A DNA stretch of 25,928 bases from a virus (IMGVR_UViG_3300016471_000700:1-25928), one strand, 5' to 3'; shown: positions 6,946 through 14,364, counted from the first letter of the stretch. Numbers and translations: made by a program. Notes: generated by a model from the letters alone, not told the origin.

Positions 6946-6957
6946 AGGCAATAGCTC

Positions 6958-7152
6958 TTACTCTTCAATTCCAAAATGTTTTTTAGTAGGTTTGTATAGG
7001 TGCCAGGCATTATGGCCATTAGCCATAAGGTTTTCCTGTACATTTAACACTTCTAGGACAATCAACTCGGCGAACATTTCCTGATCGAAATGCCGACCAT
7101 CTAATCGCTGATCCCAACATTGTTTAGCAAGTTCTCGAATTCGTTCGTTCAT
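6958..7152 (-). CDS. MNER/AELIV/HFGVEE family protein, copy A
   Basis: MNERIRELA...FAELIV...KHFGIEE. Confidence 0.8.
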   Translation of the reverse strand: MNERIRELAKQCWDQRLDGRHFDQEMFAELIVLEVLNVQENLMANGHNAWHLYKPTKKHFGIEE

Positions 7153-7355
7153 TCTTTAACTCCAAAATGAGTTTTAATTTTATCAACATAGGTGCTTGCT
7201 GGTTCACGATGGTCTACTGCATCAGCGACAACTTTAGCACATTCTCTCACAATCAACTCGGCTAATGCTTCAATCAATGTCCACTGTTTAGTGTTTGTCA
7301 AGTATTCAACACTGATACCAACCTCAGTTGCTAGTTCTTTAACTCTTTCTTTCAT
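7149..7355 (-). CDS. MNER family protein, copy B (chimeric)
   Basis: MKERVKELA...AELIVRECA...IKTHFGVKE. Confidence 0.8.
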   Translation of the reverse strand: MKERVKELATEVGISVEYLTNTKQWTLIEALAELIVRECAKVVADAVDHREPASTYVDKIKTHFGVKE

Positions 7356-7585
7356 TCTTCAATCTCCAAATGTTTTATTTTCATTCCACGCCAAATAGGG
7401 GTCATTTGCTCTCTGTTAAAATACGGGTAGTAAATGCCATCATTCAGAACAATATCTAACGGAAGGTATTCTTCTTGATTATGTTCATTGAAATATCTAG
7501 CAGATTTATAATCACCAGTTTTGCTAAGGTCACAACCTCTTAAATAATATGGGTTTTCCACCAGAGCCTTTACTATAGTTGTCAT
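7352..7585 (-). CDS. hypothetical phage protein
   Basis: 77-aa ORF ending in a family-like junction (KHLEIEE). Confidence 0.7.
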   Translation of the reverse strand: MTTIVKALVENPYYLRGCDLSKTGDYKSARYFNEHNQEEYLPLDIVLNDGIYYPYFNREQMTPIWRGMKIKHLEIEE

Positions 7586-7608
7586 AGTTTACCTTCGAAA
7601 TTATTCAT

Positions 7609-7956
7609 TTACAAAATAAATTCCTGAACCTTTTTCTCGGCACCTTCAATATTAAATTTCACACAGAATGCTCGAAGCTGATCGGTAAAGTGCTCTCCAT
7701 CAAAGATAGCATTATGAATGGCCATATACCCTGAATCCATTCCTAGCATGTAGCTTTCAGGACCAAAACCAAACACATTGTAGAGCACATAGCGATATGT
7801 TCCCTTGTCTACAATAGCCCCCTGATAAACCTTTCTCGTTACATAACCAAAAGCCCTTAGCCTATTCTCTTCAGATAAGCTGTTCCAAAATTCATCTTGA
7901 GCTTTTTCGTTAGCAATACGAACTTCTTCAAAAGGTTTAGCTAAATTATTATTCAT
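7609..7956 (-). CDS. conserved hypothetical phage protein
   Basis: GTYRYVLYNVFGFGPESY..GMDSGYMAIHNAI segment. Confidence 0.75.
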   Translation of the reverse strand: MNNNLAKPFEEVRIANEKAQDEFWNSLSEENRLRAFGYVTRKVYQGAIVDKGTYRYVLYNVFGFGPESYMLGMDSGYMAIHNAIFDGEHFTDQLRAFCVKFNIEGAEKKVQEFIL

Positions 7957-8019
7957 GTCATTTTTTACATATTTTTTAAGTATTTTTATAATTCAAATGC
8001 CTATTGGCAGGCAAACTGA

Positions 8020-8397
8020 TCATGAAAACTCCCGTGAACAAAAAGCATAACCATCTGAGTCATCCCAATCGAAGTCTGCATTATACCATCGATCAGGTTT
8101 TCGACCTTCTTCGTTATGCTGAAGGTTTTTATGCCTATCATTACGATAATAGCCTGGGGACTTTTCGCCTTCTACGAAACTGACAAACCAATCATAATCG
8201 ATTCGCTTACCATATTCATCTACTATGATCTGATTCTTAAGGAATTCTTTCCATGCTTGCCAAGATACCAGACGCTCTGGACGATAGCCTTGAAAAGAGA
8301 AGGACCAACCGTATGAAGATTTACCGATATGATAGTCACGATCAAATCGATTACAACATTCACAATAATTAGTGGCTACATAATAATTAGTTCCCAT
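8020..8397 (-). CDS. conserved hypothetical phage protein (MGTNYY family)
   Basis: MGTNYY..CxCC..HIGKSSYGW; GGAGG RBS. Confidence 0.8.
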   Translation of the reverse strand: MGTNYYVATNYCECCNRFDRDYHIGKSSYGWSFSFQGYRPERLVSWQAWKEFLKNQIIVDEYGKRIDYDWFVSFVEGEKSPGYYRNDRHKNLQHNEEGRKPDRWYNADFDWDDSDGYAFCSREFS

Positions 8398-8458
8398 TAC
8401 AAAACCTCCAACCTTATCATCAACGTGACATAATCATTGAACCATCACATTTGTGGGT

Positions 8459-8671
8459 TCACGATTCAACTCCAAAATGTCGTTTAATTTTGCCTACATA
8501 GGTGCTTGCTGGTTCACGATGGTCTACTGCATCAGCGACAACACTAGCACATTCCCGCACAATCAACTCGGCAAAATGATTAAGAACATCCATATATGGA
8601 CTTGTACCATCAGGTTGCCCAACAGGTATTAATCGAGCTTGTTCAGCAAGTTCTTTAACTCGTTCGTTCAT
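8459..8671 (-). CDS. MNER family protein, copy C
   Basis: MNERVKELAEQA...FAELIVRECA...IKRHFGVES. Confidence 0.8.
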   Translation of the reverse strand: MNERVKELAEQARLIPVGQPDGTSPYMDVLNHFAELIVRECASVVADAVDHREPASTYVGKIKRHFGVES

Positions 8672-8846
8672 TTTTGTTCTTCCACATTTTAATACATTCG
8701 TCAATCTGGGCTATTTGTTCCAGTCGTATATCATCCATAATATTCATACCAATATATTCAGAATTCATATTCCGTTCTGTCATTTTCCATAGTTGATTTC
8801 GGTGTTTTGTAAGTAGATCAGTCACAACATCATAATCTTTGTTCAT
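8655..8846 (-). CDS. hypothetical phage protein
   Basis: 63-aa ORF, GGAG RBS. Confidence 0.7.
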   Translation of the reverse strand: MNKDYDVVTDLLTKHRNQLWKMTERNMNSEYIGMNIMDDIRLEQIAQIDECIKMWKNKNERTS

Positions 8847-9057
8847 TATTCAACTCCTGTTGTTCAGGCTCTGCTCCACCTCGCAGTTCATCAACCCAGT
8901 CATGAGGCACGTCGGCCCAAGCCCTGGTACCTTTTTTGACCATTTCTTCAAATTCAATGGTTTTCTGTAAGGCATAAATTGCGTTTATTAGTTCCTTATA
9001 AACTACTTCGGCATTTTTCATTGCCTCTAGAGCCTGTTTCATTGCTGCAATACTCAT
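8830..9057 (-). CDS. hypothetical phage protein (MSIxAMKQALEA family)
   Basis: 75 aa, ATGA-coupled to copy D. Confidence 0.7.
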   Translation of the reverse strand: MSIAAMKQALEAMKNAEVVYKELINAIYALQKTIEFEEMVKKGTRAWADVPHDWVDELRGGAEPEQQELNNEQRL

Positions 9058-9254
9058 TCTTCAACTCCGAAATGTTCTTTGATCAGATCACCGAGGGTGA
9101 AGCCACTGACATGACCATTGCATCCAGCAACCTCAGCACATTCCCTGACAATCAATTCGGCTAATGCTTCAATCAATGTCCACTGTTTAGTGTTTGTCAA
9201 GTATTCAACACTGATACCAACCTCAATTGCTAGTTTTTTAACTCTTTCGTTCAT
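9054..9254 (-). CDS. MNER family protein, copy D
   Basis: MNERVKKLA...AELIVRECA...IKEHFGVEE. Confidence 0.8.
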   Translation of the reverse strand: MNERVKKLAIEVGISVEYLTNTKQWTLIEALAELIVRECAEVAGCNGHVSGFTLGDLIKEHFGVEE

Positions 9255-9489
9255 CTTCAACTCCAAAATGTCGTTTGATTATATTAGCACTACGTTGGTA
9301 CAATCGTTGTTCTACGTTATATTCGATTTCACTCGCATACCAATTCGGTTCTAAGGCTAAAAGGCATTCTTGAATGATCAACTCGGCAAACTTTTCAATT
9401 CCTTTTTTGGCATAATCGTCCATTTCATCCCAGCATCCCTGTGCTGTTAGCCCTGCTTGGTACAAACAATGTTCAAATCGTTGGTTCAT
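9238..9489 (-). CDS. MNER family protein, copy E
   Basis: MNQRF...KFAELIIQEC...IKRHFGVED-ERKS. Confidence 0.75.
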   Translation of the reverse strand: MNQRFEHCLYQAGLTAQGCWDEMDDYAKKGIEKFAELIIQECLLALEPNWYASEIEYNVEQRLYQRSANIIKRHFGVEDERKS

Positions 9490-9799
9490 TTTTTATAGAT
9501 GAATATCTTTTGATCAACTCGGTCATGAGTTCAGCATAAGATTTGAACACTTCTGAGCCAGTGGCACTAGTACGAAGTACAATGAAATTACGATTGTAAA
9601 TTTCCACTGTGACATCTAATGTTCTGGCATAACCAAAAGTCACCGAACAAACCTTCTTGCCTTTTTTGTTAACGTACTGTCCTGACACCACTCCATAAGG
9701 AGCAGTGAAATTTTGGTGTTGTGCCCAATCGGCAATCGCCTGGCAAATCTCTTTGCTATTCATAACACCCAATGTATTCCCTTCTTTAACTAGTTCCAT
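9473..9799 (-). CDS. hypothetical phage protein
   Basis: Start at MELVKE (TAATG coupling) or a downstream Met. Confidence 0.7.
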   Translation of the reverse strand: MELVKEGNTLGVMNSKEICQAIADWAQHQNFTAPYGVVSGQYVNKKGKKVCSVTFGYARTLDVTVEIYNRNFIVLRTSATGSEVFKSYAELMTELIKRYSSIKNEPTI

Positions 9800-9888
9800 T
9801 ACCTTTTTCCTATATAATCTATAAGAATACCAAATATAGCAATACAACTAATGATAGTAAAATAAAACCCTAGTGCTTCCATTCTCAT
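9799..9888 (-). CDS. tiny single-TM peptide
   Basis: Not in ORF track. MRMEALGFYFTIISCIAIFGILIDYIGKR; ATGA- and TAATG-coupled at its two ends. Confidence 0.55.
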   Translation of the reverse strand: MRMEALGFYFTIISCIAIFGILIDYIGKR

Positions 9889-10271
9889 TTCTCTTCGGTA
9901 TAAGTATCCCACTCTATTTTAGGGTTGGCTCGTTCATAAAGCCATACTAGCTGGTCTAGCGACCAAACGTCATCTGTTTCAAATGTTTCAAGCCATTCAC
10001 TAAATCGATACCAACTGGTATTCTTCATAGGTGGCAGTGCAATTTCATCATCCCATGGGTCATCGGTTCCTATAACATCTATACGACCACATGAATAATA
10101 CTCGATTGGTTCTTCAACTTCGATACTTTCATCTGAATTGTATTTACCATATTTGACAAGACTACTGTTCTCGTCGAAAATAATTGTTCTTTTTCGAAGC
10201 AGACCTCGCTTTCTGTACCAATCTAGATTTGCTACTCCCATCCAGTTCGTACTATATCGTATTTTTGTCAT
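9885..10271 (-). CDS. hypothetical phage protein
   Basis: 128-aa ORF. Confidence 0.75.
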   Translation of the reverse strand: MTKIRYSTNWMGVANLDWYRKRGLLRKRTIIFDENSSLVKYGKYNSDESIEVEEPIEYYSCGRIDVIGTDDPWDDEIALPPMKNTSWYRFSEWLETFETDDVWSLDQLVWLYERANPKIEWDTYTEEK

Positions 10272-10327
10272 GCTTGTCTTATTTGTAATGATTGATTCAA
10301 TGGTCTTAATGAAATTATGATTTCGTT

Positions 10328-10549
10328 TTAGAATTCACTTTCGTATTCTTCTTCGTATGTTTCACTTAAATCTATAATGTCGTTAAAGTTTTTAGCACCT
10401 CTTCGAATGTAAGATTTACCGCCGTCAGTAAAAATAGCGCCACAAGTGCAACTCACAAAATCATGTCGGTGTCTGGATTCAATTATTTCATTACACTGCC
10501 TGCATTTACATCTGTTAACTAGAACAACTGTTCGGGTTCGCTTAATCAT
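10328..10549 (-). CDS. small zinc-ribbon protein
   Basis: CRQC...ESRHRHDFVSCTCG..FTDGG. Confidence 0.8.
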   Translation of the reverse strand: MIKRTRTVVLVNRCKCRQCNEIIESRHRHDFVSCTCGAIFTDGGKSYIRRGAKNFNDIIDLSETYEEEYESEF

Positions 10550-10622
10550 ATTGAATTCCCATGTATAAAAACATTAAAATTTTCAAACCTCAAGGTGTGC
10601 AAAAAGGTTCAAGGTTTATGCT

Positions 10623-10835
10623 TTATTTCTTTTGACCAAAGGTAGTGCTAAGGTAGCCCGCCATGTAAGCCGCAACCTCATTCTTACTCATATTCACCTC
10701 TTCGACCTCTGAAGAGGCATAAGTGGACCCCGTGAAATAATGAGGCCTCACTGGTCGTCCATACCATGCATCAGCAGACCCTCGGTCAAATGCACCTCCA
10801 TGCCGCGTATAAAACGCACATTTAGCATAATCCAT
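10623..10835 (-). CDS. conserved hypothetical phage protein
   Basis: RHGGAFDRGSADAWYGR...AYMAGY; start placed at MDYAK. Confidence 0.7.
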   Translation of the reverse strand: MDYAKCAFYTRHGGAFDRGSADAWYGRPVRPHYFTGSTYASSEVEEVNMSKNEVAAYMAGYLSTTFGQKK

Positions 10836-10860
10836 AAGAATTCCAATTAAAATTAAAAGT

Positions 10861-11037
10861 TTATGCTTGTTCGACCTCATTGGCTATTTCACGGCCATAT
10901 AGAGAATCAAGTGTCAACCACACCGAATCGTGAACATTGTAATGCTCACGATACCTGGCAAATAATTGTTTGAAGTAAAATGCATCCGCCTCGCCAAAGG
11001 CCTCGGCATATTGTTCAGCAGCAATTAAAAATTTCAT
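10861..11037 (-). CDS. hypothetical phage protein
   Basis: Not in ORF track. 58 aa, MKFLIAAEQY...NEVEQA, GAGG RBS, fills the gap. Confidence 0.65.
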   Translation of the reverse strand: MKFLIAAEQYAEAFGEADAFYFKQLFARYREHYNVHDSVWLTLDSLYGREIANEVEQA

Positions 11038-11063
11038 GGACCCTCTTGATATAAAAATTACAA

Positions 11064-11309
11064 TCAGAAAAAATCGGAAGTTTTAACTTTGTTGAATTCA
11101 CTTTCTTTATTCAACTCGTTTTCGAGCTCTTCACTTGCATTAAGAAAATCTTCACATGCATGAAACAATTCTTTAAATGCCCTAAGTTCCTGTTTATTCA
11201 TGTCGATAAGAAACTGCGGTCCTTCATCTTTCATTGCGCTGATTATTTGTTGCAATGCAAGTAACGTATTCTCACACATACAATAGCTCATGTTTGGGTA
11301 ATTACTCAC
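11064..11309 (-). CDS. hypothetical phage protein (NMSYC family)
   Basis: 81 aa, GTG start, AGGA RBS, own promoter. Confidence 0.75.
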   Translation of the reverse strand: MSNYPNMSYCMCENTLLALQQIISAMKDEGPQFLIDMNKQELRAFKELFHACEDFLNASEELENELNKESEFNKVKTSDFF

Positions 11310-11328
11310 CTATCGATTCCTGTTCTTT

Positions 11329-11357
11329 AGTTTAACACCTTTTGATACCCAAGTCAA
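11329..11357 (-). promoter_or_regulatory. sigma70 promoter without palindrome
   Basis: TTGACT-17-TAAACT with extended -10 TG. Confidence 0.65.
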
Positions 11358-11372
11358 GCGGGTCTTTGCTCG

Positions 11373-11579
11373 CTAGAACCAGCTATTCTCAAGCACATAT
11401 GGTTTTTTGCCCCACACTCTGACGTCAATTTGTCTCACTGATCGCTTTAGTCGTTTAGCATAATAACGAGCACGGCCTAAATAAGGCGTAGCAATGAAGT
11501 TACTCCAACCACCGTCCGGGAAAGTACGGGACTTGTTTAGCGTGATATAGTACATGGTTTTGGGTCTGATTGCTCTCAT
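11373..11579 (-). CDS. hypothetical basic protein
   Basis: 68-aa ORF. Confidence 0.65.
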   Translation of the reverse strand: MRAIRPKTMYYITLNKSRTFPDGGWSNFIATPYLGRARYYAKRLKRSVRQIDVRVWGKKPYVLENSWF

Positions 11580-11610
11580 AGTTCATTCCTGTCAACCTGT
11601 TGTGGTAATT

Positions 11611-11976
11611 CTACCACACTTCAAATTTCACTGTATACCCTCCCTCTTCCATACCTGCCAACCAAGTACGGAAATCCCGAACATGCTCTCGACCTGCGTT
11701 ATAGGTCCTGTAGCCTACGGGTTCTTCGTCACCAAACACATCGTCTTCGCCGTAGATGGGAACCTCTTCATCTTCACTGCGTTCTTTCAGTACCCATGCA
11801 GCATAGGCCTCCGCAGGATTCTCACTACCCACAATTTCGTAACTCACTGCGCTAGGGGTTTGATAGGCCTCAAATTGCACACTTTGTGTGTCTAGGCAAG
11901 TCAAAACTGTGTCTCCTACATGTCGCCTGTAGGAGATGTCTCGTTCTGCGTAGATGCGGACATTCATGCTCATCAC
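11611..11976 (-). CDS. hypothetical early protein
   Basis: 121 aa, AAGGA RBS, directly downstream of P6. Confidence 0.75.
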   Translation of the reverse strand: MMSMNVRIYAERDISYRRHVGDTVLTCLDTQSVQFEAYQTPSAVSYEIVGSENPAEAYAAWVLKERSEDEEVPIYGEDDVFGDEEPVGYRTYNAGREHVRDFRTWLAGMEEGGYTVKFEVW

Positions 11977-12002
11977 TTCTGTTCCTTATTCACTCTACCC
12001 AT

Positions 12003-12053
12003 AGCCTAACACCATTCATTACTCCTGTCAAGTGATGTTGTTTTTATGCAACA
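12003..12053 (-). promoter_or_regulatory. sigma70 early promoter P6 with palindrome
   Basis: TTGACA(12026-12031)-17-TAGGCT(12003-12008) with extended -10 TG; TGTTG-N8-CAACA at 12036-12053. Confidence 0.8.
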
Positions 12054-12077
12054 TTTTAGCTAAAATGAAAATTTAAT

Positions 12078-12704
12078 TTAGAACTTTCCACTTGCTAATA
12101 CAATTTTACAAATATGTTCTAATCGTTCAATATGTTCAAAGGCCCTCCATGGAGTTGTGTCAACGGAAATAACGCCGTGGCGATCCATTCCTATGACATT
12201 ATAAATTACACTTCCGTCGTCTTTATTGAAACCAATATTTCTTATACACGCATCCGCTAATTCTTGTGTAACGGGCGGTATATTTGCTACAGTTGGCCCA
12301 ATTTTAGTATACCTATTTAATTCTGGAAACTCGTACATAAGTTGTGGTAAACTAATGCCTCTGTACATTGCAGCCACACAATACGTTGGGTGAAGGTGTA
12401 ATACTACCCTCACACTTGTATTTGTGTGCCGTTGTAACCCTAGGTGCATGGGCAATTCACCACTTGGAATTAAATAACCACTTATATCTTCGGTGTTTAT
12501 TACTTCATATCTTTCAAATGGGTAATTTTGAATCAATTTAACCTTTTTGAACATGTCATACTGAATTTTTTGTTTCCTTACTCCCGAAGGTGTAATGTGA
12601 AAATAATCATGTTCGGCAAATCGTATGCTAAGATTTCCATCTCGGCTTGTAATCCAGCCTCGTTGATAGGCTTCATTTAAAATATCACAACAAGTTTCCA
12701 ACAT
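12078..12704 (-). CDS. class II aldolase/adducin family protein
   Basis: DGNLSIR, ITPSG, PSGELPMH, VLHLHP, RHGV metal-binding motifs. Confidence 0.9.
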   Translation of the reverse strand: MLETCCDILNEAYQRGWITSRDGNLSIRFAEHDYFHITPSGVRKQKIQYDMFKKVKLIQNYPFERYEVINTEDISGYLIPSGELPMHLGLQRHTNTSVRVVLHLHPTYCVAAMYRGISLPQLMYEFPELNRYTKIGPTVANIPPVTQELADACIRNIGFNKDDGSVIYNVIGMDRHGVISVDTTPWRAFEHIERLEHICKIVLASGKF

Positions 12705-13253
12705 CTAGAATAACCTTTCTTCTCTTGAAAAAAACCCAACAGAATTCAAAAATTCAAACGATTCAAATGCAAATGTCCGGGAGCCCTTCATAGCTGTATG
12801 AAATTCGGGTGCGCGGTTTGGGTGAAATTTTCCAACATTGTGTGTTTTTCCTTTGCCCGGAAACCCACCCTCTTTAGTCCCATGCAATGTAGCTTCTTCT
12901 TTGTCATGAGGTTTATGTAAAATCGAATCTTGCCCATGTTTTTCACCATGCTTAATCAAAAAGTTTTTAAGTTCACCTTTATCATCACCTTTTTTACCTA
13001 TCACAAGAAAAGATTTTTCATCCACATGCCGCGCCTGTGGTGTGCCATGATTTTCTACATAACGCCCTCGGACTGGAATAAACCCATAACCAGCATCTCT
13101 TATGGATTTTTTAAGAGTATCATTGTTTCGATTATTTTCTTCGGCTGTGTTTTCTCCACGATGAGCCGTAATCATGCCTATATTTCGGCCCTGTGTGTGT
13201 GAATGTACTCGTGACAGTGAAGCTTCTTGTAAAAATTCTTTATATGATTTCAT
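12705..13253 (-). CDS. conserved T4-like protein (DUF3293-like) with capsid-targeting-type N-terminus
   Basis: MKSYKEFLQE start; ITAHRG...GYGFIPVRGRYVE...EKSFLV...GQDSIL. Confidence 0.75.
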   Translation of the reverse strand: MKSYKEFLQEASLSRVHSHTQGRNIGMITAHRGENTAEENNRNNDTLKKSIRDAGYGFIPVRGRYVENHGTPQARHVDEKSFLVIGKKGDDKGELKNFLIKHGEKHGQDSILHKPHDKEEATLHGTKEGGFPGKGKTHNVGKFHPNRAPEFHTAMKGSRTFAFESFEFLNSVGFFSREERLF

Positions 13254-13284
13254 TTTTTTTATTATTCCATAAAAATTAGAATTA

Positions 13285-13292
13285 TATTTATT
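13285..13292 (-). promoter_or_regulatory. T4-type late promoter candidate
   Basis: AATAAATA in the AT-rich gap 31 nt upstream of the 13253 start. Confidence 0.5.
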
Positions 13293-13310
13293 TAATCAAA
13301 ATGTTTTTCA

Positions 13311-13685
13311 CTACCACCAAGAACTATAGTAAACAGCACGACCACGGTTGATCTCTGAGAGAGCTTTTGCAATAAACAATAAATCCTGTTCATCGGAATC
13401 TTCATCGGGTGGGTTATTGCCAAAGAAAAACCCTTCGGTCTGAGGCAACCCATGAGCCAAAATAACACCTTGAAGCTCCACTAAATCAGAAACACGAAGG
13501 CGCACAGGTACACAATTAAATTCACCTTCGCCGTTTTTGTCGTAATATAAGTTTTGCATCCAACCATGGAGGTTATGATGTTTCCGCCAATAAAAAACCT
13601 CTTTTTTATCCGCCTCTTCATTAAACGCGGTTTCTGAAATTGTATCATTTTCATCAACCGACCAAGCGTACATATCTAACCCCAT
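13311..13685 (-). CDS. conserved hypothetical phage protein (MGLDMY family)
   Basis: YWRKHHNLHGW...FNC...LPQTEGFFFG...YYSSWW. Confidence 0.85.
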   Translation of the reverse strand: MGLDMYAWSVDENDTISETAFNEEADKKEVFYWRKHHNLHGWMQNLYYDKNGEGEFNCVPVRLRVSDLVELQGVILAHGLPQTEGFFFGNNPPDEDSDEQDLLFIAKALSEINRGRAVYYSSWW

Positions 13686-13716
13686 TTCAATTTCCTTTTA
13701 AATTAATACAATTTAC

Positions 13717-13769
13717 ATTATACTTTTATTACTTTATTTTGTCAAGGGCGCTGTTGTATAGAAACAACA
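13717..13769 (-). promoter_or_regulatory. sigma70 early promoter P7 with palindrome
   Basis: TTGACA(13740-13745)-17-TATAAT(13717-13722); TGTTG-N8-CAACA at 13752-13769. Confidence 0.9.
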
Positions 13770-14048
13770 TCACCAATCTTCGGACTTTTCATAACCATCA
13801 GGTATATCATAAAAAACAGGTATATCAACTGCGTAATCACCGATTGATATTCCGGTGTGAAATAATCGTTTGTAGCCAATAGATTCTGGTGTTTTGTTGT
13901 ATTCGGTAACCACTCGGCGCATATGTTCAATCATGCCCTCGGTCGGTATTCTGGCTGAATTAGCGCAACCTTTAGAACAAAAAGGCCCTCGGTGACGGTG
14001 TTTAATGAAACAATTCGGGCACTCTTTTTCTCGGCGAACATTTGGCAT
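13770..14048 (-). CDS. small zinc-finger protein
   Basis: CPNC...FCSKGC. Confidence 0.7.
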   Translation of the reverse strand: MPNVRREKECPNCFIKHRHRGPFCSKGCANSARIPTEGMIEHMRRVVTEYNKTPESIGYKRLFHTGISIGDYAVDIPVFYDIPDGYEKSEDW

Positions 14049-14050
14049 TT

Positions 14051-14362
14051 TTATTTTTTTTCTACGATTGAATGATCGGGTATTATAAACCCTTCGTTTC
14101 CATCAGCCAATACACAAACTATTTTTTCATTTATTAACAGAAAAGACCAGGTGCCAGTTTCTTTATTTAAAAAGAAAATTACATTACCTTGAGACATTCT
14201 GCCAGTTATAAATGGAATTTCTCGATAAGGAGCAAGAACATCCGCGATTACTTTATAGTGACCACAGGCTATAGCCCATGATTGCCCTATAATTTCTGAT
14301 CGATTTTGCGCTAAAGGCACATTATAAATCAACAAAAAAATTAAAATAAGCAAAAATTTCAT
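14051..14362 (-). CDS. exported/signal-peptide protein
   Basis: Hydrophobic N-terminus; NKETGTWSF...CVLADG. Confidence 0.7.
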   Translation of the reverse strand: MKFLLILIFLLIYNVPLAQNRSEIIGQSWAIACGHYKVIADVLAPYREIPFITGRMSQGNVIFFLNKETGTWSFLLINEKIVCVLADGNEGFIIPDHSIVEKK

Positions 14363-14364
14363 TT

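Noticed and set aside
8398-8462. Short GTG frame after copy C (MNPQM*WFNDYVTLMIRLEVL)
   Set aside because: Interrupted by TGA after 5 codons; it may be a gene remnant but is too short to support. The other genes give no sign of stop-codon recoding.
6958-9489. CRISPR array or diversity-generating retroelement explanation for the repeats
   Set aside because: The repeats are in-frame coding segments with irregular spacing, there is no cas or reverse transcriptase gene in the window, and mismatches are not adenine-specific.
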